A DNA stretch of 64,000 nucleotides from Antedon mediterranea (taxonomy: Eukaryota; Animalia; Echinodermata): assembly GCF_964355755.1 (NCBI RefSeq), contig NC_092676.1:10145888-10209887 (forward strand), in the 5' to 3' direction. Shown piece by piece: positions 13,781 to 25,484 of the stretch (positions within the stretch are counted from its first letter, which is position 1; each line of letters begins with the position of its first letter). The notes beneath the pieces are model-generated. The model saw nothing but the letters and a program-made list of their open reading frames with translations, did not search any database and was not told where the DNA came from. The position numbers and the translations under genes are program-made.

Positions 13781-14697
13781 TTGTGATTGTGAAATAATAA
13801 CATTTTAGGTTTCACTTCCTGCAAGCCCTATAAATACTGTAATGTTAAAAAGCTACTGATTAATCACAATTGTCAGCTCTTGGAATAGTTAAACGAAAAT
13901 ACTTCACTGAACTTAAATAAATGTACCTAATGAGCAAGCTGACGATGGGAATTAATTTCTGCATGTTTGTAAAAAAAAAGAATAATTAAAATTATTTTGT
14001 GACCCTATGAAAGTTTTAAAAAATAAAATACTTTATAAACTGAGTGTATGTATCAAGATTTCTTTGATAAGATTTTGGATAAAAAATCCCATTTAATACA
14101 TTTGCACGAGCCATTTCCTGTTGACCTTTACGCTTTCCTGTTCTGACCCATATGGGTAGGCCACATGTCATTTGTCATCAAGTTAAATGTGGCAGGATTT
14201 AGTAGCAACAGGTACAGATAAAAACAAACCACAAACATTGCCAATGAACTAGGCTAATGGATTCTTTATAGTTATAGAACTACTTATTTAATAGATCATT
14301 AGTGGTCACTGACATCAATAGTATAATTTTGAATTGAAATATTAAATAAACCAAATTATTAATTAATTTAATATAGAAAAAATTAAATAAAAACCAAGGA
14401 CTCTCAGACTTGGAGGAGTTTCTGCCGTAGTAGTCTAGATTCAAAGAACTAAAAATACCTAATAAAAAAAACTTAAAAGGAGCTGACAAGGATGCTTATT
14501 TCTTTATTTAATCTAGACGAAACAAAGAAAAAATGCATTCTTTTTAAACACTTATCAACCATTTTTTATTATTGGAAAGTTTGCTCTGTTTATCAGAATG
14601 AACCTTAAATCATGAATAATGATGAACGGAATGGGGCTTAAACTCATGTCTACTGCCCTAACTTTAAATGTAGTACAGTAGGCCTATCTGACCTTAC

Positions 14698-14846
14698 CTC
14701 AAAATCTGTAATATTAGTTTGGTTTAATGATGACTGGAGTCTGGAGGATAAGTCTAGCTGTGTTGCATTTGTGACTGGATGGAGACTAGTATCAACTTCA
14801 TCTGCTTCACCTGGTATTAGCTTCTCATCTCCTTGATGTAATGGTA
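14698..14846 (-). CDS. IFTAP: IFTAP coding exon 5
   Basis: AG/GT-bounded, phase 1 to 0; contains KLIPGEADE (human LLLPGEVEQ). Confidence 0.85.
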
Positions 14847-15087
14847 CTAAGATAATTTGATTTTTAAAAATTACTAAATATGTAGAACTGATATTTTGTT
14901 TTTTTAATCTGCACAAATTGTATGATTTCTTCCATTTTTGATGTCATTTATTTTATTCTAACTTATGAAAATAAGGTTATCGACATATATAACTCCATAT
15001 GGAGCCGCACATTCTTCAGATGACAGTGGGTTTCCTGCTTTAGCGACTCATGAGCCAGCATGCCAAATAGATTAAATACAATAATAC

Positions 15088-15229
15088 CTGCACTATCTTT
15101 AAAATCTGGTAAGTCCATTTCTGTTGGTTTATCAGGCTGACTAAATGATGCTACATACTTAATTTCTTCTAACCCATCAATTCCATCATCTTCCACATCA
15201 CTATTGAGTTCATCGACAAAATTACCAAA
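15088..15229 (-). CDS. IFTAP: IFTAP coding exon 4
   Basis: AG/GT-bounded, phase 0 to 1; FGNFVDELNSDVEDD resembles human VDNFLDLEDLDMDEE. Confidence 0.85.
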
Positions 15230-15339
15230 CTGAAATAAAAAATATAAAATAATTCATACACTAATATAAAACCAAGCATACCTACTGTACATACTTTTTT
15301 TATTGGTAGATGTGCATTAAAATAATATCTTCCAAACGT

Positions 15340-15602
15340 CCTACATAATGCTTAAGTGGTTATGATGCTTGGCTACCACTCCAAGGGTCCTGGGTTCAAG
15401 TCCCGTCACATGTCAGGATTTTTTCTAAGGACAAAATTACAACTCCACTCCCAAAGACTTGTAATAAGACTTTGTTTATATAGAGCATCTTGTGTATAAT
15501 GTTTGTGTTGTGAACCTCTGAGGGTCCCTAATGATCAGCAATTGCTGGATGGATCACCCTCATTAAATATGGTACACAAAAAAACAAAAACAAAAAAAAA
15601 CA
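15340..15602 (+). mobile_element. tRNA-derived SINE (degenerate), antisense within an IFTAP intron
   Basis: A-box-like GCTTAAGTGG and B-box GGGTTCAAGTCCC at tRNA-like spacing, with an A-rich tail. No intact cloverleaf. Confidence 0.55.
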
Positions 15603-15832
15603 ACCAGATTGACAAAACAACAGTTAAACAAAACACAAACCAACCAATAGAGGGCACATTTTAACGGTTATAAAAAGAAACCAACCAAAGACAAATTAAG
15701 TATTGGCACTGTTTTATGGCCTTAAAAAAACGTTTAATCTTAGGTAGAGTAAAAACAGAATCCAGGCCCTGGAAATTAAAGATAATGATCATTATATAAT
15801 TTATACTATAGGAATCACTACCACTTTTCTAC

Positions 15833-15904
15833 CTGCACAGGTTTTTTTCTGGTTGGTCTTTTATTGGCTGACATGCTTCCAACAGGTGTCCCCTCTAACA
15901 GAAC
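15833..15904 (-). CDS. IFTAP: IFTAP coding exon 3 (72 nt)
   Basis: ttttag acceptor and CAG|gtag donor; open phase-0 frame VLLEGTPVGSMSANKRPTRKKPVQ. Confidence 0.78.
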
Positions 15905-16214
15905 CTAAAAAATCAAGGGTTTAAATAAAAATATACAAATGCATTTTACAGGCTAAACATGGTAAACTTGTCTATGACCAAAAACAACATTAAAACCAGA
16001 TAAATGTTGAATTTCTTTCATTCAGTAAATCGCATTCATTAGATAAAATTCTGTAAAAGTTTTGAAGGATTTTTTTAAAATATAGATAGAAAAATTATAA
16101 AATATGTGGCTTTAAATTGTGTTACAGGAGAAAAAATTGAAATAAAAATCTGGATCATGTAGTGTAATAGTGAAGTTTAACTTCAATACAGTGCAAACAA
16201 ACAAAAGTATTTAC

Positions 16215-16357
16215 CTCTGCTTCAATATCATCATCTATTTCCAATGTTTTTTTGTCTTTAAATGTTATTGTTTTCTTTGTAACCTTATCTTTATTTTGAA
16301 TTGGTTCGTTCATCATCTCATTCCCTACATCTTTCATCAATTGACTTAGTACATCCT
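16215..16357 (-). CDS. IFTAP: IFTAP coding exon 2
   Basis: gacag acceptor and GAG|gtaaat donor; phase 1 to 0; EDVLSQLMKD...EIDDDIEAE. Confidence 0.82.
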
Positions 16358-17110
16358 CTGTCAAAAATTTAATTATATTGTTAAACAATGGCAGAGTTTT
16401 CATGTACTTAGGAACATTCTGAATTACTACAGAAATGCAGTGCCAATATATGATGCTGTCTTGAGTTGCCCTTAAGGAAATATACAAACAAACTAAAAAA
16501 AATGAATTTAATAATGAGAAACCATAAAGTAAAACATGATAATTATGGGAAAATCAATAGCACCACAACATAAAAAATCCTTGCTGCCAGGTTTTATGGG
16601 ACTCTACGACTCACGAGTGTTATAAATACAGCAAGCCAAAAGATGACATTACAGCCAATGAACATGGCTTTTTCATTTCAGCAATTTAATGATTTTGCTG
16701 TTGAAAAGTGAGGGGGACAATCCCCTTTAGGCCTGGTTGACTAGGCCTGGTGTCTTTAGTATGTGGATTTTGGCGAAACTTTGACGTAAGATTTATGATT
16801 TATAAAATGTAATACATTTTTAGACAGTATTAACTTGTTTTTATAGGCCTATCGATTTTTACTTTGTTTGTTGATCTCACTGAGCGCTATTTTCATATTT
16901 TGGAGTTCAAATCTTTATGATTATTTTAGTCTAAATTACATATCAATCAGATCACATATATAGTTTCAATCAGCTTTAATAAAAACATTGCAATTTTCTA
17001 AAAACGCTGCCGGTTGCAGTTTCTAACTGGAAAAACCTCTGGCAGTCAAAGTGTTAAAACATTTCAATTCAGTAATTGGTGAAAATTGGTTTAAAGGGGG
17101 AAAAACTTGC

Positions 17111-17252
17111 CTTTATTTAATGTTGTAAAAGATTTCATAAACTGGTCATATGACTCCTCCTTCTTTGAACAGAAACTGTCAATCACCTCTTTTGCTTTCT
17201 TTTCATTGGATTCATTACTCTCAGCATCTTCAGCTTTTTTATCATTAGCCAT
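17111..17252 (-). CDS. IFTAP: IFTAP coding exon 1 (ATG; followed by a GC donor). Total CDS 768 nt = 255 aa
   Basis: KEVIDSFCSKKEESYDQFMKSFTTLNKE matches human [29 protein letters not shown]. A tttcag acceptor at 17270-17275 upstream of the ATG implies a non-coding first exon further up. Confidence 0.88.
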
Positions 17253-17519
17253 ATTATTAAATTTTCTATCTGAAAGTTTAAGAAAAGGCAATTTAAATAT
17301 TATTAATCATTTTAGGTGTAGACATAGCACAGGGATTGCATCTACGACTAGTCGTAGACATAGCCAATGTATACTTTTAAAGGCTGTCAATTAACCTATA
17401 TTGTTACCATATGATGAGTTGTTTATACAAATTCGATCCAAGTTAAGTCAACTCAGCTTCACATCAACTCGGCCTCATGTCAACTCGGCAAAAAACTAAT
17501 TGCTCAACTCGGACTAATT

Positions 17520-18416
17520 ATTATACCTAACAAATATTATACTGTATAATATTCTCATATCGGGTGTTTATTTAATTTTAAATTAAACAAGACAGTGAAG
17601 AGGCACGGAATAATACATACATGGACGTAGACAAATACACACACGCACGTCATCATTTACGACATATAGTGGTGATATGATGCAATTTTATAATGGATAA
17701 TGATCAAAGGCTTATAATCAAATGTTCATTGTATTACTAATAGTAAACTGAATGTTTATAATTAAAATTGTTTTACGTAATTTTTTTAATATAAAATAAA
17801 AGACACAGACGTAGCCTAAGTTCCCTATAAAATATTTCACATTTAAATAATTATGTACTGTTAAATGACATTATGCCGAATAACACTATAATCTTAAACT
17901 CTTTTTTACAAATTTTGTAATTTTTTAAGGCAAACATCTTTCTCATCATAGATCTGTAAAATAAAAAAATTTCAATTATTAATATAAATATAATATTCAT
18001 CGACCAAAGTAAAAATAATCTAGATCATTTTATCGTGACCAAAATTAAACGCGACCGTTATCATTGTAAAAGTCGGAGTGACTCCGGCAGGGCTGCCTTC
18101 TGGCAGCTGCTACGTCTTTCTGCTGACCATTGGCGATTCCCCTATTTAAAAAACATGCACACGATACTGTACAATGGTTTTTCCATGGTCAAAATGTAGC
18201 GTTTTAATTTTACTAAAATACCGGCATGTAAAACGATCATATCGGTGATAAAATCCTTTTTTTTTAGTATTTTTTATTTCTTTATTATGAAAGTCATAAT
18301 AAAATTAAATAAAAATATATACATATAACTTGTTAATAAATGCAAAATGATCAATAAGTACTACTGTAGCCTATAAATAACACTGGTATGATGAGCTGGT
18401 ATCCACTTGTTATAAT
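17520..18416. mobile_element. Older rearranged relative of the Foldback/MULE-like family (left part; resumes at 20411-20599)
   Basis: 17520-18050 is collinear with 21590-22140, and 18110-18406 is collinear with 19545-19898. The homology continues after the inserted copy and ends in the family terminus CTTGACTGGATCCC at 20599. Confidence 0.75.
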
Positions 18417-20402
18417 GGATGCTAGTCAAGTCGCCCCATCGCAAAGTCGCCCCATACAAAGTCGCCCCTTACACAGTCGCCCCATCGCAAAGTCGCCCCA
18501 AAACAAAGTCGCCCCGACACAGTCGCCCCATCGCAAAGTCGCCCCATCGCAAAGTCGCCCCATCGCAAAGTCGCCCCATCACAAAGTCGCCCCATCGCAA
18601 AGTCGCCCCAAAACGTTAAAAAATAGTTTACAAGTGCGTAAAATGTCGCAATGATACACAAAATAACACGGAACGTGTAGGCATAAAAAGGGGAAGCCCC
18701 GCCATGTAGTCTCAGGTCACACGATCGGCACGCACCACCATCAGAGAGGAATCCCCCGACTAATCACTCCGCGATCGCACTAACGTGCTAGCTTACCAGA
18801 GGGAAACCCCCGTAATTACTCCGCCGTTGTCGCACTACAACGCACCATCTGAAGATGGGGAAACCCCGCCGGAGTTTTACGATGATATCAGTCGCGTTCG
18901 AAATCGGTCGCGTTTAAATTTGATAAAATGATGTTATATGATCTAGATTATTTTTACTTTGGTCGATGAATATGTATTATTATTATTAGGCCTATATTAA
19001 TAATTTGTAAACATAGTTTAAGATTATAATATTATCCAGCATAATGTCATTTAACAGTACATAATTATTTAAATGTGAAATATTTTATAGGAACGTAGGC
19101 TACGTCTGTGTCTTTTATTTTATATGCAACAAATTACGTAAAACAATTTATTTATAAACATTCAGTTTACTATTATCATTATGTTATATACATAGTATTA
19201 CGTAATGAACATTGATTGTAAGCCTGGAAAGGCAATCCCATCATTATATCCATTATAAAATTGCATCATATCACCACTATATGTCGTAAATGATGACGTT
19301 ACGTGTGTGTATTCGTCGTACGTCCGTGTACGTATTATTCCGTGCCTCTTCACGGTCTTGTTTAATTTAAAATTAAATAAATACCCGATATGAGGATATT
19401 TATTAGGCATGATAATTAGAATGTTCTAGGCCTAACCAAAAGGGTTGAAAAGAATTTCTTCAGTAAAATGATCATTGTGCTGTTGAATAAAAGGCGACTC
19501 GTCATCTGAAACATTCTCTGAAACCAATCGGAACTGCGCCGTCTTTCTGCTGACCGTCGGGGATTCCCCTTTTTAAAAAACACGCACACGATACTGTACG
19601 ATGGTTTTTCCATGGTCAAAATGTAGCGTTTTAATTTTACTAAAATACCTGCATGTAAAACAATCATATCGGCGATGAAATCCTTTTTTTTTAATTTCTT
19701 TATTTTGAAAAGTCATTATAAAATTAAGACACATAACTTGTCAATAAATGTAAAATGATCAATAAGTAGCCTATAACACTCATTGTCTTACAACACTGTT
19801 ATTGTTTTAACTACTGTAAATCTAGGCCTATAGGAAGGCCTAGGCTACTACACATTTATACATTTATTATATTATCCTAAAAAATTAGCTGGTATCCACG
19901 CGTAGGTTGAAGAAAGATTCGTAATTGTGGCTCTGGTAACTAATTTTAAAATCATATTAAATTAACATTTTCGAAACTATAAAAATCAGGGATAATCTTT
20001 TTAGAACTTTCAAACAAGGGACTATTTTTTTAATGATTTTTAATAAAAAGCACATCACTCCATTAAAACCTGTAAAATAAAAATTAAAACACAAATTATG
20101 TATATAGGATAAACATTATACTGTATACGACATTTAGCGCGACCAAAGTAACAACGCAATCGATATCAAACGCAACCAATATGATTAAAACCGTGGGCGA
20201 CTTTGCGATGGGGCGACTTTGCGTTGGGGCGACTTTGCGATGGGGCGAATTTGCGATGGGGCGACTTTGCAATGGGGCGACTTTGCGATGGGGCGACTGT
20301 GCCGGGGCGACTTTGTTTTGGGGCGACTTTGCGATGGGGCGACTTTGTATTGGGCGACTTTGTATGGGGCGACTTTGCGATGGGGCGACTTGACTGGATC
20401 CC
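18417..20402. mobile_element. Non-autonomous Foldback/Mutator-like DNA transposon, copy 1 (~2 kb)
   Basis: Termini GGATGCTAGTCAAG / CTTGACTGGATCCC; inverted subterminal arrays of a 15-16-bp unit CAAAGTCGCCCCATCG; perfect 8-bp TSD GTTATAAT (18409-18416 and 20403-20410). Confidence 0.93.
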
Positions 20403-20609
20403 GTTATAATAATGTTACTTGTTTGTAGGTTGAAGAAAGATTCGTAGGCCTAGCCTAGGCATAGGGCTAGCTAGCTAGGTTAGGCCTATAGTTAGGGCCT
20501 AAATTAAAATTTTCGAAACTATAAATCATGGAGGATTTTCCTCCATGTATAAATCAGGGATAATCTTTTTAGAACTTTCAAACAACTTGACTGGATCCCA
20601 CCTTTCTAG

Positions 20610-22673
20610 GGGATCCAGTCAAGTCGCCCCATCGCAAAGTCGCCCCATACAAAGTCGCCCAATACAAAGTCGCCCCAAAACAAAGTCGCCCCGGCACAGT
20701 CGCCCCATCTCAAAGTCGCCCCATTACAAAGTCGCCCCATCGCAAATTCGCCCCATTGCAAAGTCGCCTCAACGCAAAGTCGCCCAATCGCAAAGTCGCC
20801 CACGGTTTTAATCATATCGGTTGCGTTTGATATCGATTGCGTTTGTTACTTTGGTCGCGCTAAATGTCGTATACATTAATGTTTATCCTATTATATACAT
20901 AATATGTGTTTTAATTTGTATTTTACAGGTTTTAATGGAGTGATGTGCTTTTTAAAAATCATTAAAAAAATAGTCCCTTGTTTGAAAGTTTTAAAAAGAT
21001 TATCCCTGATTTATAGTTTCGAAAATGTTAATTTAATATGATTTTAAAATTAGTTACCAGAGCCACAATTACAATTTCTTCAGCCTACGCGATACCAGCT
21101 CATTTTTTAGGATAATAGCCTATAATAAATGTATAAATGTGTAGTAGGCCTTCGTATAGATTTACAGTAGTTAAAACAATAACAGTGTTGTAAGACGAGT
21201 GTTATAGGCTACTTATTGATCATTTTGCATTTATTGACAAGTTATGTGTCTTAATTTTATAATGACTTTTCAAAATGAAGAAAAAAAGGGGATTTCATCG
21301 CCGATATGATTGTTTTACATGCAAGTATTAGTAAAATTAAAACGCGACATTTTGACCATGGAAAAACCATCGTACAGTATCGTGTGCGTGTTTTTTAAAA
21401 AGGGGAATCCCCGACGGTCAGCAGAAAGACGTAGCAGCTGTGAGGAAACAGATACCAGAAGGCGCAGCTCCGATTGGATTCAGAGAATGTTTCAGATGGC
21501 GAGTCGCCTTTTATTCAACAGCACAATGATCATTTTACTGAAGAAATTTTTTTCAATCCTTTTGGTTATAGAACATTCTAATTATAATGCCTAATAAATA
21601 TCCTCATATCAGGTGTTTATTTAATTTTAAATTAAACAAGACAGTGAAGAGGCACGGAATAATACGTACACGGACGTACGACAAATACACACACGCACGT
21701 TATCATTTACGACATATAGTGGTGATATGATGCAATTTTATAATGGGATATAATGATGGGATTGCCTTTCCAGGAGTCTTACAATCAATGTTCACTGTAA
21801 TACTATGTATATAATAGTAAACTGAATGTTTATAAATAAATTGTTTTACGTAATTTGTTGCATATAAAATAAAAGACACAGACGTAGCCTACGTTTCCTA
21901 TAAAATATTTCACATTTAAATAATTATGTACTGTTAAATGACATTATGCTGGATAATACTATATCTTAAACTATGTTTACAAATTGTCATTTTTTAAGCC
22001 ACATATCTTTCTCATCATAGGCCTACTGACCTGTAAAATAAAAACAAAAATCAGTTATTAATATAGGCCTAATGATAATAATAAATATTCATCGACCAAA
22101 GTAAAAATAATCTAGATCGTATAACATCATTTTATCGCGACCGATTTCGAACGCGACTGATGATATCATCGTAAAACTCTGGCGGGGTTTCCCCATCTTC
22201 AGATGGTGCGTTGTAGAGTGCGACAACGGCAACGGCGGAGTAATTGCGGGGGTTTCCCTCTGGTAAGCTAGCACGTTAGAGTGTGCGACCGCGGAGTGCG
22301 ACCGAGTGATTAGTCGGGGGCTTCCTCTCTGATATGGGGGTGCGTGCCGATCGTGTGACCTGAGACTACATGGCGGGGCTTCCCCTTTTATGCCTACACG
22401 TTCTGTGTTATTTTGTGTATCATTGCAACATTTTACGCACTTGTAAACTATTTTTTAACGTTTTGGGGCGACTTTGCGATAGGGCGACTTTGTGATGGGG
22501 CGACTTTGTGATGGAGCGACTTTGCATTGGGGCGACTTTGCGATGGGGCGACTTTGCGATAGGGCGACTGTGTCGGGGCGACTTTGTTTTGGGGCGACTT
22601 TGCGATGGGGCGACTGTGTAAGGGGCGACTTTGTATGGGGCGACTTTGCGATGGGGCGACTTGACTAGCATCC
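20610..22673. mobile_element. Same element, copy 2, inverted relative to copy 1
   Basis: Reverse complement of copy 1 along its whole length; own perfect 8-bp TSD CTTTCTAG (20602-20609 and 22674-22681). Confidence 0.93.
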
Positions 22674-22902
22674 CTTTCTAGTAGGCGGCCTTGGCCCTAG
22701 GCCTAGGTAGTAGTGTAGGCTAGGCCCTACTAGTACTACTACTATCTAGCTAGGCCTAGCGGCCCTAGGTAGGCCTACCCTAGCTAGGCCTACCTAGGGC
22801 CCGGTAGGCCTCTAGGGCCTACCTAGGCCAATTTCCAACAAGAAACGACTAGCCCTAGGCCTAGATAGCTAACTAAATTTAAAGTACGTAACAAAGTACT
22901 AC

Positions 22903-23165
22903 CTTTTAAATAAATACTGGCTGTGTATGAGGCTTATTATTATTAGCGTCTCTGCTAACTAGCGGTAAATAAAAAACCAAGTTCTTTGGTAAAACTTGCG
23001 CCGTGTTTGTTTTCATAGTTTCGCCCTTTGACCTCTATCTAGTCTCAGCTCTCCTAGCTCCCTCATCATTATAAGAGTATGTTCACTTCGCTAAAAAAAT
23101 TAATTAGAGAACCGCTCGAGATAGGGCGCCTCTCACGACGAGTAGAGATAGACGAATCTGAAACA
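22903..23165 (-). promoter_or_regulatory. Candidate promoter and non-coding first exon of IFTAP
   Basis: First unique CpG-containing stretch upstream of the coding exons; minus-strand donor AAAG|GTAGT at 22902. It has a CTCGAG/CGCTCGAG motif like the one upstream of Ku70 (2500-2540) and an adjacent TAGGCCTA-rich tract. Inference only. Confidence 0.45.
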
Positions 23166-24844
23166 TGAGGAGCACAATGTTTCGGCAATAAATTGTAAAA
23201 ATAAGCCACAAAAAACAAAACAAAAACTTCTTTTTTGTCTTTATTATACAAAGTTAAAAATTAATATGATGTTTTCATACTGTTTTTGGATCTTTTTAAT
23301 TGTTAATACATTTATTTGGAGTGAGTTTTGTCATGACATGACTGTAAACACTGAGCTAGGATCAGTAGGAGGCTTACGCGCGCCTAGACGCATTTCATGA
23401 ATGGATGCTGGTTATCTCGTACCCAAACCAACCCGTACCCAAACCAACCCGTCCCCATAAAAACTCTTACCTATCTTGGTAAACCCCAGTCAAGTCTGAA
23501 GTCATAATGCAAATTTTACAGTATACAGTATTGTTGTTGGCAAACAATATATGATTTATGAATAAATGATAGCAATTCTTCTGCAATTTCTATAAAACTC
23601 TAGGGGTAGAATCTGTAAATTCATTTCTATAGAAATTATCTGTTTCTATAATAGATTAACATAGAATTCTAAAACTTCTATTGATAGAACATTTTTTGTA
23701 AGGGTAGTATAATAAAAGGGGGTAAAGTAGGCCTCCCCACGGATATTTTTTCCTTGATATAACCTTACCAATAATGAACTCATAGGCTTTACATAATCAT
23801 GGCATATAAAATTACGATGAATGCAGTTTTACCTTAGTTAAGCGTTACATTCTTTCACATTATTGATCGTTTCCATCCCCGAAACCTCGACTAAGAAATA
23901 CCGGAATGGTGTCCGGCGGGAGATAGTTTATTACCATTAGTCAGGGTCTAATATAAAGCACCTAGAGGGGTCAGTGATCCATTAGGCGCTATATAAATAT
24001 TGTTTATTATTATTATTATCATTGAAATTTGCAGAAAGAAGCAATTAAACACTGTTATTTCAAAGTTCGGAACGTCCGTAATTACGGACGGACAGATAGA
24101 AGATAAATAAGGTACTACGGAGATACCGTAGTAGGCCTACCGGTACTTAAAGGAATGAGGAATTCCCAGCAAAAGGCAATAATTATGGACAAATCAGCGA
24201 CCAATGGTTTTCCATGAACAGGTGCAGTGGCCTTTCGTACCTTCTCGTGACGCACGCAAGCAATCCAAACAGTCAATTCATTCTGAGCATGTTCAGCAGA
24301 AATATCCACACAAAGGCCTACAAAAAAATACGCTGACCAGTAAATGGTAAATTGTGCGCGGTATTATTGAATGCTGGAATTTTACGCTGCAGTCTGTCAA
24401 TATACATATTGGCTCTTCCAACCCCAACGGTAAACAGGATACGGTATCAATCGTTTACATAAAAAAACATAATTGTTTAGTTCAAACACCTTTGAAAACT
24501 TGATAAAAACCAAAAAAAAAAACTGTATAACCATGGCCCGAGTAAAGATTATTATTCTTTACTCCATGGTATATAACATTATTATTAACAATCTTTGGTT
24601 TTGTCTAAATGTGGGACGATTCGGCCCGCAAAGTAGGACGTTACGGCCCACTTTTGGGTGGGCCGAAACGTCCGACTAAACGTGGGCTGAATAGTCTCGG
24701 GCCGAATCGTCTCAGGGCCAAATCGTCCTGCAACCCTAGACTTCTATAATGTTAATGGTTAGGCCTATTATTATGATGAAATGGGATCTAAATTTTAATT
24801 TAGGCCTAGTGGCAGAAGAAACTTTTATTATGAATACCCCTGTA

Positions 24845-24997
24845 CACTCATGTTTGTAGTGAATTCAGCCTAAATCACACGACACAGCATTAAGACACAC
24901 ACAAATATAATATATATATTATCTTTTTTGAGAAATCATACGTAGGAGAATTTTAAAGTAGGCGGAGGTATTTGCACTCTCGGAGTGACTTTCTAGT
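24845..24997 (+). mobile_element. 3' fragment of the Helentron-type element seen at 7801-8430
   Basis: Direct similarity to 8295-8430, ending GGCGGAGGTA..GCACTCTCGGAGTG..CTAG. Confidence 0.75.
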
Positions 24998-25484
24998 TAT
25001 TTAATGAGTTCTATACCGTTCGGATATTCAATAAACTAAAAACCTCGTTTTAGCCTATTATTGTTTTCCTTTTATTGAAAATAATGTGCGGCTAGTTTTA
25101 TTTCCATATCTTCGCATGTTTACAACGCACAATCATTTTGTTCCCCGCCGTTCCTTAACTTAGACGGCACATTTAAATTATGTGACGATCTCTAACACAA
25201 AATAAAAACTCAAAGTTTAGTGTATGAAGTATTATTTTATGTATATTAATTAAGGGATATGTATTTTGAATAATAAAATCGCGTTAGATCATAATTAACT
25301 AACTTATTACAATATTTTCATGAATAAAAGTCATGTTATCAAATATATACGGCGATCATTAACTGGAGAATGTACGGCCGGGGGTTTAAGGCGTTGCCGG
25401 AAACGTTTTTATAAAAATTAATATATTAATGTTATTATCTTTGGTTTATGTAATTAATTATTTTTAAAATAATGTTTATTATTA

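Noticed and set aside
15340-15410. tRNA gene
   Set aside because: A and B boxes are present, but there is no pairing acceptor stem or intact cloverleaf; better explained as a SINE head.
18388-22671. Repetitive ORFs (KSPHRKVAPSQSRP / WGDFAMGRLCDGAT) and the duplicated MEKPSYSIVCVFFKKGNPRRS ORFs
   Set aside because: They are translations of subterminal arrays, open in several frames on both strands, or of duplicated TE interior. No transposase motifs are visible.
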